Positions 1 to 11,366 are shown, numbered from the stretch's first letter. The stretch is 62,892 bases of DNA from an uncultured Oscillospiraceae bacterium (GCA_964558655.1 CAZLEX010000005.1:1-62892); one strand, 5' to 3'. Made by a program: numbers and translations. Notes: a model not told the origin generated them from the sequence alone.

Positions 1-196
1 CGTGAAGTGATCTGTTTTCTTTTTCGTCATTCGGACGAGTAACCTTTATTTCGGTTGCGGTAATTTCTACCGACATTGCGTTGTGTACAGCCTGTGAAAG
101 CTTTCCGTTAGGTCCTTCAACGGTTATTACACCGTCATTGAAATTAGCCTTAACTCCGGCGGGAATAGCAATTGGCTGTCTACCAATTCTTGACAT
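1..196 (-). CDS. rplF: 50S ribosomal protein L6 (5' part, runs off window)
   Basis: Manual translation from ATG at 196: MSRIGRQPIAIPAGVKANFNDGVITVEGPNGKL; GGAGG RBS; follows rpsH. Confidence 0.95.
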   Translation of the reverse strand, partial: MSRIGRQPIAIPAGVKANFNDGVITVEGPNGKLSQAVHNAMSVEITATEIKVTRPNDEKENRSLH

Positions 197-209
197 ATTC
201 TATTCCTCC

Positions 210-608
210 TTACCAAACATAGGCCAGCACTTCGCCGCCAACATTTTCTTTTCTTGCGTTTTTATCGGTCATAATACCCTTGGGGGTCGAAATGATCGCG
301 ATACCGAGACCACGCATAACACGGGGCAATTCATCACAACCTGCGTAAATACGCAAACCGGGTTTTGACACACGGCGAAGTCCGGAAATAATTCTGGTCT
401 TTCCCACACCGTACTTAAGTGTCACACGGATTATGCCCTGCTTATTGTCCTCGATTACTGTGAAACCTTTGATATAACCTTCATCGACAAGTATCTGTGC
501 TATTGCTTTTTTAACATTCGATGCGGGGATATCAACAGTCTCGTGCTTTGCCGAGTTTGCATTACGAATTCTTGTAAGCATATCAGCTATTGCGTCTGTG
601 ATTTGCAT
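210..608 (-). CDS. rpsH: 30S ribosomal protein S8
   Basis: [14 protein letters not shown]...SKPGLRIY...GGEVLAYVW. Confidence 0.98.
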   Translation of the reverse strand: MQITDAIADMLTRIRNANSAKHETVDIPASNVKKAIAQILVDEGYIKGFTVIEDNKQGIIRVTLKYGVGKTRIISGLRRVSKPGLRIYAGCDELPRVMRGLGIAIISTPKGIMTDKNARKENVGGEVLAYVW

Positions 609-702
609 TATTAATTCCTCCTTAAGAAATCAGTTTGCTACTTGGCATTGCCTTTCGCACTTAATAACTTATTGCACCGCACAAATGCGGAACAAAACTT
701 TT

Positions 703-888
703 TTACCAGCTTGCCTTTCTTACACCGGGTATCTGTCCCTTGTAAGCAAGCTCTCTGAAGCATATACGGCAAACTCCGTATTTACGAAGATATGCATGAG
801 GTCTTCCGCAGATCTTACAGCGATTATACTCTCTTGTAGAGTATTTTTGAACCTTCTGTTGCTTCAAAATCATTGACTTTTTAGCCAT
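703..888 (-). CDS. rpsN: 30S ribosomal protein S14 (type Z, zinc-binding)
   Basis: 61 aa, RCKICGR...CRIC zinc motif, GVRKASW. Confidence 0.97.
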   Translation of the reverse strand: MAKKSMILKQQKVQKYSTREYNRCKICGRPHAYLRKYGVCRICFRELAYKGQIPGVRKASW

Positions 889-901
889 ACCTATCTCCTC
901 C

Positions 902-1444
902 TTACTGCTTCATAAAAGGTGCGCCCATCATGGTAAGAAGCTCGCGTGCTTCTTCGTCTGTGGTGGCACTTGTTACAAAAATAATATCCATACCGCGAAT
1001 TTTATCGATCTGGTCATACTGTATTTCGGGGAATATCAGCTGTTCCTTGAGACCGAGAGAATAATTTCCTCTGCCGTCAAAAGCATTGGGGTTAATTCCC
1101 TTAAAATCACGAACTCTTGGAAGTGCGAGATTGAAAAGTCTGTCAACAAACTCATACATCTTCTCGCCTCTTAAAGTTACCTTTGCACCGATTTTCGTAC
1201 CGGCACGAAGCTTAAAGTTAGCTACCGATTTTTTTGCGACAGTCGGAACTGCTTTCTGACCGGTTATGGCAGAAAGGTCCTCGATTACGCTATCAATTAC
1301 TTTGGCATTCTCTTTTGCTTCACCTGCACCGACATTGACTACAATTTTTTCCAGCTTAGGTATCTGCATAACGCTCTTGTAATTGAACTTTTTCATTAAT
1401 TCGGGAGCAACTTCGTTTTTGTAAATTTCTGCAAGTCTTGCCAT
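902..1444 (-). CDS. rplE: 50S ribosomal protein L5
   Basis: [25 protein letters not shown]; start moved to MARLAE at 1444 behind a GGAGG RBS. Confidence 0.97.
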   Translation of the reverse strand: MARLAEIYKNEVAPELMKKFNYKSVMQIPKLEKIVVNVGAGEAKENAKVIDSVIEDLSAITGQKAVPTVAKKSVANFKLRAGTKIGAKVTLRGEKMYEFVDRLFNLALPRVRDFKGINPNAFDGRGNYSLGLKEQLIFPEIQYDQIDKIRGMDIIFVTSATTDEEARELLTMMGAPFMKQ

Positions 1445-1461
1445 TATTCTCGTCCTCCCTA

Positions 1462-1776
1462 TTAAAGTGTCGTGCCGCATTTTTTGCAAACGCGCACTGT
1501 CTTACCTTTTTCGTTCTTGTGTCCAACTCTTACACCTTTATCGCATTTCGGGCAATAAAGCTGTACTTTGCAAGCGTGAAGTGCACCTTCTACCTTAACA
1601 ATGCTTCCCGCTTCGCCTTGACGGCGCGGCTTAACATGCTTTGTTACGATATTCGCTCCTTCGACTATTACCTTACGCTCTTTGGGAGAAACCTCAAGAA
1701 CCTTACCCTTTGTTCCCTTTGAGTTACCGGAAACAACGATAACGGTATCACCTTTTTTTACATGAATAGTATTCAT
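1462..1776 (-). CDS. rplX: 50S ribosomal protein L24
   Basis: [14 protein letters not shown] motif, VIVEGAN; operon position. Confidence 0.97.
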   Translation of the reverse strand: MNTIHVKKGDTVIVVSGNSKGTKGKVLEVSPKERKVIVEGANIVTKHVKPRRQGEAGSIVKVEGALHACKVQLYCPKCDKGVRVGHKNEKGKTVRVCKKCGTTL

Positions 1777-1791
1777 TTTCTACCCTCCAGA

Positions 1792-2160
1792 TTAAAGTAC
1801 TTCGGGAGCCAAGGACAAAATCTTCATATAGTCCTTTTCACGAAGCTCTCTTGCTACCGGGCCAAAAATACGAGTGCCTTTGGGAGTCTTGTCATCTTTT
1901 ATGATAACTGCGGCATTTTCATCAAACTTAAGATATGAACCGTCAGCTCTTCTGATTCCCTTAACGCTGCGGACGATAACCGCTTTTACGACTTCGCCCT
2001 TCTTAACCGCACCGCCCGGAGCAGCTTTTTTAACAGATGCGACAACTATGTCGCCTATGTTGGCATAACGTCTGCCTGTACCGCCAAGCACACGGATGCA
2101 CATTAATTCTTTAGCGCCGCTGTTATCGGCAACCTTCATAAGGCTCTGCTGTTGTATCAC
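1792..2160 (-). CDS. rplN: 50S ribosomal protein L14
   Basis: VADNSGAK...[12 protein letters not shown]...LAPEVL; GTG start. Confidence 0.98.
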   Translation of the reverse strand: MIQQQSLMKVADNSGAKELMCIRVLGGTGRRYANIGDIVVASVKKAAPGGAVKKGEVVKAVIVRSVKGIRRADGSYLKFDENAAVIIKDDKTPKGTRIFGPVARELREKDYMKILSLAPEVL

Positions 2161-2186
2161 TTTGTGTATCCTCCTTTAACGGTATT

Positions 2187-2447
2187 TTATTTAGCTTTTT
2201 CTACAATTTGCACGAGACGCCAATTCTTTTCTTTGGAAAGCGGTCTTGTTTCCATAATCATAACTTTATCACCTACGCGGCATTCGTTATTTTCGTCATG
2301 TGCTTTAAATTTCACAGTCTTCTTAACTATCTTTCCGTAAAGAGAATGTTTTACATTATCCTCGATTGCAACAACGATAGTCTTGTCCATTTTGTCGCTG
2401 ACTACTTTGCCTACACGAGTTTTTCTGAGTGCTCTTTCTGTATTCAT
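2187..2447 (-). CDS. rpsQ: 30S ribosomal protein S17
   Basis: [21 protein letters not shown]. Confidence 0.98.
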   Translation of the reverse strand: MNTERALRKTRVGKVVSDKMDKTIVVAIEDNVKHSLYGKIVKKTVKFKAHDENNECRVGDKVMIMETRPLSKEKNWRLVQIVEKAK

Positions 2448-2465
2448 AATCTATTCTCCTTCCGC

Positions 2466-2669
2466 TTAATTTTTGCCTTCGGCAATTTCTTTCTCACGAA
2501 TAACCGTCATGATTCTCGCAATGTCTTTCTTTGTCTCTACTATTTTGTGAGGATTATCAAGCTGGTTGATAGCGTGCTGAAAACGGAGATTCAAAAGGGC
2601 TTCTTTCTTTTCGCTTAATGTTGCTTTAAGCTCTTCGGCAGTTTTATTTCTTATATCTTTAGTATTCAT
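2466..2669 (-). CDS. rpmC: 50S ribosomal protein L29
   Basis: LLNLRFQHA...KKDIARIMT. Confidence 0.96.
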   Translation of the reverse strand: MNTKDIRNKTAEELKATLSEKKEALLNLRFQHAINQLDNPHKIVETKKDIARIMTVIREKEIAEGKN

Positions 2670-3091
2670 TCTGCTACCTCCTGAGCTTCTTTCTTAATAA
2701 ATTTGCACTTTATCGGCAACTTGTGTGATGCAAGACGCATAGCTTCTTTTGCCTGCTCTTCCGTAACACCGTCCATCTCAAACATTACGCGTCCCGGCTT
2801 AACAACCGCTACCCAATATTCCGGCGAACCTTTACCGGAACCCATACGGGTTTCAGCAGGTTTTTCCGTAACGGGCTTGTCGGGGAAAATCTTTATCCAT
2901 ACATTACCGCCACGCTTTGTATAACGCGTCATAGCAATTCTGGCTGCTTCAATTTGATTTGATTTGATCCATGCCGGCTCTTCGGCAACAAGACCAAATG
3001 AACCGTAGGTAAGTGTATTACCGCGTGTTGCACGTCCTTTTAATCTTCCGCGTTGAACACGGCGGTACTTAACTCTCTTAGGCATTAACAT
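2666..3091 (-). CDS. rplP: 50S ribosomal protein L16
   Basis: [21 protein letters not shown]; start moved to 3091. Confidence 0.97.
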   Translation of the reverse strand: MLMPKRVKYRRVQRGRLKGRATRGNTLTYGSFGLVAEEPAWIKSNQIEAARIAMTRYTKRGGNVWIKIFPDKPVTEKPAETRMGSGKGSPEYWVAVVKPGRVMFEMDGVTEEQAKEAMRLASHKLPIKCKFIKKEAQEVAE

Positions 3092-3794
3092 TTTTCTTTC
3101 CCCCTTCTCTGAACGAACGCTCTCTGCGTCGGGGTGCTTCTGTTCTTGCCGGCTTATTTGCCGATGCCGCAAGAACTTCTCCCTTGTAAATCCATACTTT
3201 AATGCCTATCTTACCGTATGTGGTGTTTGCTTCCGCAAAACCGTAATCGATATCGGCACGAATTGTCTGCAGAGGAATAGTTCCTTCATGATAATGTTCG
3301 GTACGGGCAATCTCCGCACCCGCAAGACGACCGGAAGCCGAAACCTTGATACCTCTTGCACCAAGTTTCATTGTTCTTCCGATGCACTGCTTCATAGCTC
3401 GTCTGAACGCAATTCTCTTTTCGAGCTGCTGTGCAATATTTTCCGCAACAAGCTGTGCGTTCAAATCAGGATTCTTTACTTCGTTGACATTAACCGAAAC
3501 CGGTTTGCCGAGGAAGGTCTCAATATCCTGTCTGAGCTTTTCGATTTCAGCACCGCCCTTACCGATGATCATACCGGGCTTGGCACAGTGAATTAAAACT
3601 CTGACTCTCGCACTGTCTCTTTCAATTTCGATTTTCGGAACACCTGCGAGTTTAAGCTTTTCTTTAAGATACTTCCGCAAATTGTAGTCGGAAACGATTG
3701 TATCTGCAATTTCCTCATCTTTTACGAACCATCTTGAATCCCAATCTTTGATTACGCCGACACGGAGACCGTGCGGATTCACTTTCTGTCCCAT
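3078..3794 (-). CDS. rpsC: 30S ribosomal protein S3
   Basis: [15 protein letters not shown] domain, [10 protein letters not shown]. Confidence 0.98.
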   Translation of the reverse strand: MGQKVNPHGLRVGVIKDWDSRWFVKDEEIADTIVSDYNLRKYLKEKLKLAGVPKIEIERDSARVRVLIHCAKPGMIIGKGGAEIEKLRQDIETFLGKPVSVNVNEVKNPDLNAQLVAENIAQQLEKRIAFRRAMKQCIGRTMKLGARGIKVSASGRLAGAEIARTEHYHEGTIPLQTIRADIDYGFAEANTTYGKIGIKVWIYKGEVLAASANKPARTEAPRRRERSFREGGKKNVNA

Positions 3795-3818
3795 AAAACT
3801 CGTTTAACCTCCCTTTCC

Positions 3819-4166
3819 TTAGTCTCTCTCTTTTACTGCAACGGTAATGTGACAAGTCCTCTTAAGGATTCTGTCAGCTCTTCCCTTTGCACGAGGCATT
3901 ATTCTCTTCAATGTTCTTCCCGGTGTCGCATAGCACTCGGAAACATAGAGCTTGTCTTTATTCATGCCGTAATTGATTTCAGCACTCGCACAAGCCTCAT
4001 TTATAAGTTTAATGATATACGGAGATGCAGCTTTGGGCGTATTCTTGAGAATTCCCACTGCAAGCTTTGCATCTTTGTTTCTTATAAGGTCAAGCACGAT
4101 CATGACTTTTCTCGTAGAAATGCGAATGTCACGACGGTATGCCTTTGATACTGCTTGTTCTGCCAT
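3819..4166 (-). CDS. rplV: 50S ribosomal protein L22
   Basis: IRISTRK, LKRIMPRAKGRA, KRTCHITV. Confidence 0.97.
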   Translation of the reverse strand: MAEQAVSKAYRRDIRISTRKVMIVLDLIRNKDAKLAVGILKNTPKAASPYIIKLINEACASAEINYGMNKDKLYVSECYATPGRTLKRIMPRAKGRADRILKRTCHITVAVKERD

Positions 4167-4216
4167 GCAGATCCTCCTTTCGCGGTTGTTATATGTTACC
4201 GCGTTTTCCTAATATA

Positions 4217-4492
4217 TTAGTTGTTAGATGTCTTGGAGCCTGAGTGACCTTTAAAGGTTCTTGTCAGAGCAAATTCACCAAGTTTGTGACCTACCATATC
4301 CTCGGTAACATATACCGGAACATGCTTTCTGCCGTCATAAACCGCTATCGTATGTCCTACGAACTCGGGGAATATCGTTGAAGCACGAGACCAGGTTTTT
4401 ATAACCTTCTTCTCTCCTGCTTTATTCATGGCTTCAATTCTGTCGTAAAGTACCTGTTGTACAAAAGGTCCTTTTTTTACGCTTCTGCTCAT
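4217..4492 (-). CDS. rpsS: 30S ribosomal protein S19
   Basis: [20 protein letters not shown]. Confidence 0.98.
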   Translation of the reverse strand: MSRSVKKGPFVQQVLYDRIEAMNKAGEKKVIKTWSRASTIFPEFVGHTIAVYDGRKHVPVYVTEDMVGHKLGEFALTRTFKGHSGSKTSNN

Positions 4493-4518
4493 AAATTTTT
4501 CCTCCTTTCGATAACAGC

Positions 4519-5349
4519 TTATTTGTCATTGCGACGCTTAACTATGAACTTATTGGTGCGGGCTTTCTTATTACGCGTCTTGTAACCGAGAGCCGGCTTG
4601 CCCCAAGGTGTAACAGGACCGGGACGACCGATAGGTGAGCGTCCTTCTCCACCGCCGTGAGGGTGGTCAACAGGGTTCATAACAGAGCCTCTGACAGTAG
4701 GACGGATACCGAGATGACGGGTTTTACCCGCTTTTCCGCGTTTAACATTTTCGGCTTCTACATTTCCTACCTGACCGATTGTAGCTTTACAATCCATACG
4801 GATAAAACGAACTTCTCCCGAAGGAAGTCTAACCTGTGCAAGTTCTCCTTCTTTCGCCATAAGCTGTGCACTGCTTCCGGCAGTTCTTACAAGCTGAGCA
4901 CCTTTTCCGGGATAAAGCTCAATGTTGTGGATAAAGGTTCCTACCGGAATGTTTGCTATGGGAAGCGTATTACCCGGCTTTATATCAGCTTCGGGGGAAG
5001 AAAGTATTACATCTCCGACTTTCATGCCGACGGGAGCTATTATATAAGCCTTCTCGCCCGTTTCATACTGAATAAGAGCGATATATGGGTTACGGTTCGG
5101 ATCGTACTCTATGGCGAGTACGGTTGCCGGAGAAGAATTCAGTCTCTTGAAATCTATAATTCTGTACTTCTTCTTATTTCCGCCGCCTCTGTGACGAACG
5201 GTAATTCTACCAAGATTGTTACGGCCAGCGTTCTTTTTAAGTTCAACAATGAGGCTCCTCTCGGGAGACTTCTTTGTTACTTCCTCAAAAGTGGGAACGG
5301 ACATTTGTCTTCTGCCGGGAGTTGTGGGTTTATATACTCTTGTAGCCAT
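4519..5349 (-). CDS. rplB: 50S ribosomal protein L2
   Basis: [29 protein letters not shown]. Confidence 0.98.
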   Translation of the reverse strand: MATRVYKPTTPGRRQMSVPTFEEVTKKSPERSLIVELKKNAGRNNLGRITVRHRGGGNKKKYRIIDFKRLNSSPATVLAIEYDPNRNPYIALIQYETGEKAYIIAPVGMKVGDVILSSPEADIKPGNTLPIANIPVGTFIHNIELYPGKGAQLVRTAGSSAQLMAKEGELAQVRLPSGEVRFIRMDCKATIGQVGNVEAENVKRGKAGKTRHLGIRPTVRGSVMNPVDHPHGGGEGRSPIGRPGPVTPWGKPALGYKTRNKKARTNKFIVKRRNDK

Positions 5350-5366
5350 TTTTCACTCCTCCTTGA

Positions 5367-5660
5367 TTACATCATTCCGTCGAAGAACTCAATAGTCTTG
5401 GAATCGGGTGTAAGAGTGACAATGGCTTTTTTCCATTCGCCCGTCTTACCGAGATGAACACCGAGTCTCTTTGGCTTCGACTTCATGTTAATGGTATTCA
5501 CAGCCGCAACCTTTACCTTAAAGATTTCTTCAACGGCATTTTTAATTTCGATTTTGTTGGCATCCTTGGCAACCTTGAAGGTATACTTTCTGTCAGCCAA
5601 CCCTTGCATACTTGCTTCTGTGATAATAGGCTTAATAATTATATCGTAGGATGTTCTCAT
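5367..5660 (-). CDS. rplW: 50S ribosomal protein L23
   Basis: [23 protein letters not shown]. Confidence 0.97.
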   Translation of the reverse strand: MRTSYDIIIKPIITEASMQGLADRKYTFKVAKDANKIEIKNAVEEIFKVKVAAVNTINMKSKPKRLGVHLGKTGEWKKAIVTLTPDSKTIEFFDGMM

Positions 5661-6283
5661 TTAGCATATACCTCCTCGATTTTTTCAACTGCAGACTTTG
5701 CAATTACAAGAGTATTTGCATTGAGGATATCATATACATTCAAGTTGTTTGCGAGAGTGGTTTTCACACCGGGAATATTGGCAAACGACTTAACAATCAT
5801 TTTATCGTTCTCAGGAAGAACCACAAGAGCTTTTCTGCCTGCCTCTATTGCGGTAAGCATATTAACCATTGCGCGTGTTTTGTATTCGGTTGCGGTAATA
5901 GCATCAATAACTTTAACCTGACATTCCGCAGCCTTTGCTGAAAGTGCACTTCTGAGAGCAATCGCACGAACTTTCTTGTTCATGGAAAGTCTGTATTCAC
6001 GAGGCTTGGGGCCCAACGCAATTCCGCCGTGCGTCCATTGCGGAGAACGGGTAGAACCCTGACGAGCTCGTCCTGTACCTTTTTGTCTCCACGGCTTCTT
6101 TCCGCCGCCGGAAACTTCGGCACGAGTAAGAGTAGACTGTGTTCCCTGTCTTTGATTTAAAAGATAGGTACGAACCGCTGCGTGAAGCACCGCCGCATTC
6201 ACTTCAGCTCCGAACAGAGCGTCATTAAGTGCAATTTCGCCTGTTTCCTTGCCTGTCATATCATATACTTTTACACTTGGCAT
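5657..6283 (-). CDS. rplD: 50S ribosomal protein L4
   Basis: [32 protein letters not shown]. Confidence 0.98.
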   Translation of the reverse strand: MPSVKVYDMTGKETGEIALNDALFGAEVNAAVLHAAVRTYLLNQRQGTQSTLTRAEVSGGGKKPWRQKGTGRARQGSTRSPQWTHGGIALGPKPREYRLSMNKKVRAIALRSALSAKAAECQVKVIDAITATEYKTRAMVNMLTAIEAGRKALVVLPENDKMIVKSFANIPGVKTTLANNLNVYDILNANTLVIAKSAVEKIEEVYAK

Positions 6284-6304
6284 TTTATTTCCTCCTTTCT
6301 AAAG

Positions 6305-6934
6305 TTACGCCTTTACGGAGTTGCGAATGAAAACTATACCGCCGCGTGGACCGGGAACGGCACCCTTAACGGCAATAAGATTTTTCTCCGCATCAACCTT
6401 AACGACATCGAGGTTTTGTACGGTAACTTTTTCATTACCCCACTGACCTGCCATCTTTTTGTTTTTGAAAATTCTCGCAGGGTCGATAACACCCATTGAA
6501 CCGGACTGACGGTGAATCGGACCGATACCGTGTGTGTGACCGAGCATGGAAAGATTCCAGCGTTTGATAGCTCCGGTATAACCGTGTCCTTTGGAGGTGC
6601 CGGTTACATCGATTTTATCGCCTTCCGCAAAGATGTCAGCCTTAATTTCATCTCCTATGCCGTAAGCGGAAATATCATCGAGACGAAATTCTTTGAGATG
6701 TCTCTTTAAGGTCACATTTGCCTTTGCAAAGTGTCCCTTGATAGGTTTTGTTACCTTCTTTTCGGTAACATCAGCAAATCCGAGCTGGATTGCATCATAT
6801 CCGTCGGTTTCAGCGGTCTTTTTCTGCACTACGGTGCAAGGACCGGCCTCAATGACGGTTACCGGAACAACAGTTCCGTTTTCAAGAAAGATCTGCGTCA
6901 TGCCGATTTTCTTGCCGATAATACCTTTTTTCAT
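6305..6934 (-). CDS. rplC: 50S ribosomal protein L3
   Basis: [25 protein letters not shown]. Confidence 0.98.
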   Translation of the reverse strand: MKKGIIGKKIGMTQIFLENGTVVPVTVIEAGPCTVVQKKTAETDGYDAIQLGFADVTEKKVTKPIKGHFAKANVTLKRHLKEFRLDDISAYGIGDEIKADIFAEGDKIDVTGTSKGHGYTGAIKRWNLSMLGHTHGIGPIHRQSGSMGVIDPARIFKNKKMAGQWGNEKVTVQNLDVVKVDAEKNLIAVKGAVPGPRGGIVFIRNSVKA

Positions 6935-7004
6935 ATTTTCCTCCTAATTATTGGTTGAGCATTCGCCCAACTTGACTAGTTTTTTGCCGTGTTAGCAGAT
7001 TGAA

Positions 7005-7316
7005 TTAAAAAACTTTGAGTTCAATCTCAACACCGGCGGGCAGTTCGAGACTTGTAAGAGCTTCAACAGCTGCTTTCGACGGCTTGATGACATCAATAAG
7101 TCTCTTGTGTGTACGCATTTCGAACTGTTCACGCGAATCTTTGTACTTGTGAACCGCACGAAGAATTGTCACAATCTCTTTGTCAGTCGGCAACGGTATG
7201 GGACCGGATACCTGTGCACCGTATCTCTTTGCCGTCTCGACGATTTTTTCGGCGGACTGATCAATGAGCGTGTGATCGTAAGCTTTAAGTCTCACACGAA
7301 TTTTTTCCTTTGCCAT
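7005..7316 (-). CDS. rpsJ: 30S ribosomal protein S10
   Basis: [32 protein letters not shown]. Confidence 0.98.
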   Translation of the reverse strand: MAKEKIRVRLKAYDHTLIDQSAEKIVETAKRYGAQVSGPIPLPTDKEIVTILRAVHKYKDSREQFEMRTHKRLIDVIKPSKAAVEALTSLELPAGVEIELKVF

Positions 7317-7539
7317 GAATTTTGCCTCCTTAAAAATTTTTTAATTTTTAGGGCAAGCTAACCGAACACTGTGCCGGGTGTTTCGCAAGTACCCGATAAA
7401 AAAGGATTTTGAAAAGCTCAAAATCCGAACGCACACCTCAACCTCACAAGAGTTTCAGGTAATCGTAACGGTTGCAACCCGGTGCGTCCGACCTTTATAT
7501 ATAAATAAGGAAGAGTTCACCAAAACCGTAACGAAATAT

Positions 7540-7625
7540 GTCAGTTGTACTGTCGCCCGTTTTCCGGACATACTCTGCGGAAATTACCTGCCACACGGCA
7601 GCAACCTCCCGCTTCTTCGCATATC
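7540..7625 (-). promoter_or_regulatory. S10 ribosomal protein leader RNA (Firmicutes/Clostridia S10 leader)
   Basis: Minus strand GCGAAGAAGCGGGAGGTTGC...TTTCCGCAGAGTATGTCC...ACGGGCGA resembles the conserved Firmicutes S10 leader; lies just downstream of the operon promoter. Confidence 0.75.
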
Positions 7626-7635
7626 AAGCTTTGAC

Positions 7636-7664
7636 AGTGTACCACATCTTTAAAATAATTGCAA
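7636..7664 (-). promoter_or_regulatory. sigma-A promoter of S10 operon
   Basis: TTGCAA-17 nt-TACACT with extended TG. Confidence 0.7.
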
Positions 7665-7763
7665 TACTTTCCAAACAAAAAAATCAAATTTTAAAATATT
7701 TTACAAATTGTTCATAAATTTCTTTGCGTTTTTTTTGAAAAATCAAGTTTTAAATTTAAACTA

Positions 7764-7792
7764 TTGACAAAACTCCTGTTTCAAGTTATAAT
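7764..7792 (+). promoter_or_regulatory. sigma-A promoter of lipoprotein gene
   Basis: Perfect TTGACA-17 nt-TATAAT. Confidence 0.8.
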
Positions 7793-7843
7793 GTAACCGT
7801 TATTGTTGTATATTTTATTTTGTATTTTCATAGGAGTTTTACA

Positions 7844-8266
7844 ATGAAAAAATTTACTTTGTTTTTATTCGTATGTCTTACCGCTTGTTTGCTTCTGTTC
7901 ACCTCGTGTTCGTCAAAAAATATCAAAGTCACCGTAGTAGGTCCGAATGATGAAATACTCTGTGAGCAAACGGTAAAGCTTGGAGCTGACAGTGAAACAT
8001 CGGTTGAAGGGAAAAACACTTTTGCCATCGATTTACTCGAAGCGGCTTTAACTCAGGCGAATATTCCTTACAATATCAACAAATCCGATGTTGAAAATTA
8101 TGCACTCACCAATGTTGGCGACATCGCATGTGACGAATATCACACATTCGCATATTACATAAAACATTCGGGCAAATCGGAATTTGAAAAGTCAAATCTT
8201 TCGGCAAATTACGATTTTATAGAGTCCGGAGAAGAAATCAAATTTGTGTATGAATCACTTCAGTAA
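7844..8266 (+). CDS. Lipoprotein, possible DUF4430 (transcobalamin C-terminal-like) domain
   Basis: MKK + hydrophobic stretch + lipobox FTSC; AGGAG RBS before ATG 7844; C-terminal pattern loosely like DUF4430 (inference). Confidence 0.6.
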   Translation: MKKFTLFLFVCLTACLLLFTSCSSKNIKVTVVGPNDEILCEQTVKLGADSETSVEGKNTFAIDLLEAALTQANIPYNINKSDVENYALTNVGDIACDEYHTFAYYIKHSGKSEFEKSNLSANYDFIESGEEIKFVYESLQ

Positions 8267-8378
8267 AAAATGCCAGCGATTTTCGACAATATCGCATAAA
8301 TAGTTTCTCAAAATACGGTGTACACTCAATAATGTGGTACACCGTATACTTTTTTATTTCTCGATAGCAAACAAAAAA

Positions 8379-8419
8379 AACAAACAGCGGCAAAGCCATC
8401 TGCTTCGCTGCTGTTTGTT
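8379..8419. terminator. Terminator hairpin between convergent lipoprotein gene and mgsA
   Basis: aacaaacagcggc...gctgctgtttgtt stem, preceded by an A-tract (U-tract on minus strand). Confidence 0.6.
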
Positions 8420-8421
8420 AT

Positions 8422-8802
8422 TCAGGAAAAATATATATTGTTTCTCAGTGCTTCAAGCATTATTGTGGCACTGTTTAAATTCGTGGCAAGCGGAATTTTC
8501 TGAACATCGCCAAGACGCAAAAGTGCGGACACATCGGGTTCATGAGGCTGTGCTGTAAGCGGATCACGCAAAAAAATCATTAAATCAAGCATACCTTCGG
8601 CCAGCATCGCACCTATTTGCTGATCTCCTCCGAGAGGTCCGCTCTTCATTCTGTGGACTGACAATCCGGTTTCTCCCATAATGAGAGTGCCGGTCGTGCC
8701 GGTTGCATAAAGTTCATGAAGTGCCAGGACATCTTTATATTTTTTCGCCAACTGTATTATTTCGTCTTTTTTCTTGTCATGTGCAATTAATGCTATTTTC
8801 AT
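8422..8802 (-). CDS. mgsA: Methylglyoxal synthase
   Basis: [38 protein letters not shown]; start moved to 8802. Confidence 0.95.
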   Translation of the reverse strand: MKIALIAHDKKKDEIIQLAKKYKDVLALHELYATGTTGTLIMGETGLSVHRMKSGPLGGDQQIGAMLAEGMLDLMIFLRDPLTAQPHEPDVSALLRLGDVQKIPLATNLNSATIMLEALRNNIYFS

Positions 8803-8986
8803 TTTTTCTCCTTGATTGATATATTGATTACTGTCTTTTATCCAAATAATATGACAATATTCTACCATATGTTTTATGATAAATCAATAAATATTTTTAT
8901 TTTTACATAAGTTTTACGCAAACGGTTGTAAAATCATTACTTTTTTGATATAATTACAGTGTAATTGTTTTTTAAAAGGAGATTTT

Positions 8987-10732
8987 ATGATTTTTTTAAC
9001 TAATGCCGAAAACATTTCCGAAAAAGAAGTGCAGCGTGTTGCCCAGACTAATATCAACGAGTGGAAAGAAAGTATTTTTTGCACAGATGATGAAGCAATG
9101 CAAATAGACGCCATGAGTAAAGACGAAAAAATATCAAGTTTTACAAAACTGATTAATTTCGGAACTGCCGGTTTACGAGGAAAAATGCTTCCAGGATTTT
9201 CAAATATGAATAAAACAACCGTAGCACTTGCAACATACGCACTCGGAACGCTTGTTTTGCAAGATCGAGGTCAGAATGACGGAATTGTAATTGCTTGCGA
9301 TTCGCGAAATAATTCGGATACATTTTCACGCATTTGTGCATCGGTGCTCGCAAATATGGGAATTAAGGTATATATTTTCGATTCTTTGCGTCCGACGCCT
9401 GAACTTTCATTTGCAATCCGCTATTTGAAATGCCGTGCCGGAATTAACATAACCGCGTCTCACAACACCCGCGAATACAACGGATACAAAGTTTATTGGA
9501 GTGACGGAGCACAGTTGCCGCCGGAAAATTCCAAAAAGATTTCCGAAATTATTCCCTCTTTGAATATAAAATCAATAGAATGTCCCGATTTTGAAAAACT
9601 TGTTTCGGAAAACAAAATAACAGTTGTTTCAAATGATATTGACGAAGAGTATATTAAAAATGTTCTTTCACAGCTTCTCGACGCCGATATGATAAAAAAA
9701 TCGCCGAAAGATTTGAAAATTCTTTATACATCTCTTCACGGTGCCGGATATAAACTTGTTCCCGAAGTCCTTTCCCGTGCAGGATTTGAAAATGTTTCAA
9801 CAGTCAAAACACAAATTGTTCCGGACGGAAACTTTCCGACGGTAGAAAAACCTAATCCGCAATTTATCGAAGCTTTTTCCGAAGCAATCAAACAAGCCGA
9901 TGACTGTGACCTGATAGTTGCAACCGATCCCGATGCAGACCGTATGGGAGTGGCTTTAAAAAATACAGCCGGTAATTTCATAACATTAACAGGTAATGAA
10001 ATTGCACTTATTCTTTTGGACTACATTATCAGAGTGAAAAAAGAAAATAAAACAATGCCCGAAAATCCCGCCGTTGTTAAATCGCTTGTTTCATCAAAGC
10101 TCGCCAAAGTCATGTGCGAACAAAACGGAATAAAAGTTTTTGATGTTTATACCGGATTTAAATATATAGGCGAAAAAATAAAAGAGTTTGAGCAAACATC
10201 TTCCAACACATTTCTTTTCGGATTTGAGGAAAGCTACGGATATCTTGCAGGGACATACGCCCGTGACAAAGACGGTGTGCTTGCCGCAATGCTTATTTCC
10301 GAAGCTTCTCTCTATTATAAATTAAAAGGTCTTACTCCTTTAAATGTTCTCGCACAAATTTATAAAAACTACGGTTTCTGGGGAGAATACTGGTCGGAAG
10401 CAATTATCACATCTCCGGATTTCAAAGCACAGTCGGACATGATAATGAACAAACTGCGTTCAAACCCGCCGACAGAAATAGCAGGCGAAAAATTAGTTCG
10501 CGTTAACGACTGGCTTTCTCTTTCGTCCTACTCTCCGATAACAAAAGAAAAAACCGCTATAAATCTCAAAAGCGAAAATATGCTCGGATATATTTTGGAG
10601 CAAGGCACGGAAATCATAATACGGCCGTCGGGCACAGAACCGAAAATAAAGCTATATTATTTTATTAATTGTGCTTCTCCGGAAAAAGCATTGGAAAGGC
10701 AAAACGAAATAAAGACGGCACTTGGTTTTTAA
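8987..10732 (+). CDS. pgm: Phosphoglucomutase/phosphomannomutase
   Basis: FGTAGLRG, TASHN catalytic Ser, DPDADR metal loop, GFEESYG, RPSGTEPKIK. Confidence 0.93.
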   Translation: MIFLTNAENISEKEVQRVAQTNINEWKESIFCTDDEAMQIDAMSKDEKISSFTKLINFGTAGLRGKMLPGFSNMNKTTVALATYALGTLVLQDRGQNDGIVIACDSRNNSDTFSRICASVLANMGIKVYIFDSLRPTPELSFAIRYLKCRAGINITASHNTREYNGYKVYWSDGAQLPPENSKKISEIIPSLNIKSIECPDFEKLVSENKITVVSNDIDEEYIKNVLSQLLDADMIKKSPKDLKILYTSLHGAGYKLVPEVLSRAGFENVSTVKTQIVPDGNFPTVEKPNPQFIEAFSEAIKQADDCDLIVATDPDADRMGVALKNTAGNFITLTGNEIALILLDYIIRVKKENKTMPENPAVVKSLVSSKLAKVMCEQNGIKVFDVYTGFKYIGEKIKEFEQTSSNTFLFGFEESYGYLAGTYARDKDGVLAAMLISEASLYYKLKGLTPLNVLAQIYKNYGFWGEYWSEAIITSPDFKAQSDMIMNKLRSNPPTEIAGEKLVRVNDWLSLSSYSPITKEKTAINLKSENMLGYILEQGTEIIIRPSGTEPKIKLYYFINCASPEKALERQNEIKTALGF

Positions 10733-10800
10733 AACCTCTTGACTTATTAGACGATATCGTGTAGAATATAAATACAATAATCCTGAGGAGGACTTAAAAA

Positions 10801-11118
10801 GTGACAGATAACAAAGATTTTGAAGCAGATGTTATAACTCTTACAGATGAGGACGGAAACGAACTCGATTTTGAAATTATCGGAGATATGGAAATTGACG
10901 GAAACAATTATCTCGCATTGGTTCCGAGCGATGAAGACGGAGACGAATTCGTCATACTCAAAATAACAAAAGACGAAAACGGCGAAGATATGCTCGTTAC
11001 CATCGACGATGATGACGAATTCGACAAGGTTGCCGACGCATTTGAGGATGAACTTATGTGCGAGTGTGACCACGACGATTGCGAATGTGATTGCGAACAC
11101 TGCCACGAAGACAAATAA
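10801..11118 (+). CDS. DUF1292 family acidic protein with Cys/His-rich tail
   Basis: ITLTDEDGNELDFEI...YLALVP...DDDEFDKV pattern; GGAGG RBS, GTG start. Confidence 0.85.
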   Translation: MTDNKDFEADVITLTDEDGNELDFEIIGDMEIDGNNYLALVPSDEDGDEFVILKITKDENGEDMLVTIDDDDEFDKVADAFEDELMCECDHDDCECDCEHCHEDK

Positions 11119-11137
11119 CGCATTATTGCATGCAAAA

Positions 11138-11321
11138 TTTCCTGCGCTTCGCGTGATACCTGTGATATAAACCCACAAAACTATAATGGATTTCACTACT
11201 CGAAACAGGTGCAGACCTCCTGCAAATAAAATTGCGGAAGTTGGGAGCAAAAATGTCAGAAAGCGAAAACCGCCTTGCTTACGCAGGGTTTTTATAGCCG
11301 GGTACACGGACGGGTGGGAAA
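11138..11321 (+). ncRNA. ssrS: 6S RNA
   Basis: ~184 nt whose ends pair (TTTCCTGC/GTGGGAAA, CGTG/CACG, TACCTG/CGGGTA, ATAAACCC/GGGTTTTTAT); 3' CCGCCTTGC..GCAGGGTT like the Firmicutes 6S motif; followed by a strong terminator. Confidence 0.75.
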
Positions 11322-11335
11322 AGATGTTAAAAATC

Positions 11336-11366
11336 GGCAGGCTCTTCGGAGTCTGCCTTTTCATTT
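11336..11366 (+). terminator. Intrinsic terminator after 6S RNA
   Basis: ggcaggctc-TTCG-gagtctgcc followed by TTTTCATTT. Confidence 0.85.

Noticed and set aside
4657-5457. 266-aa plus-strand ORF
   Set aside because: Antisense shadow of rplB.
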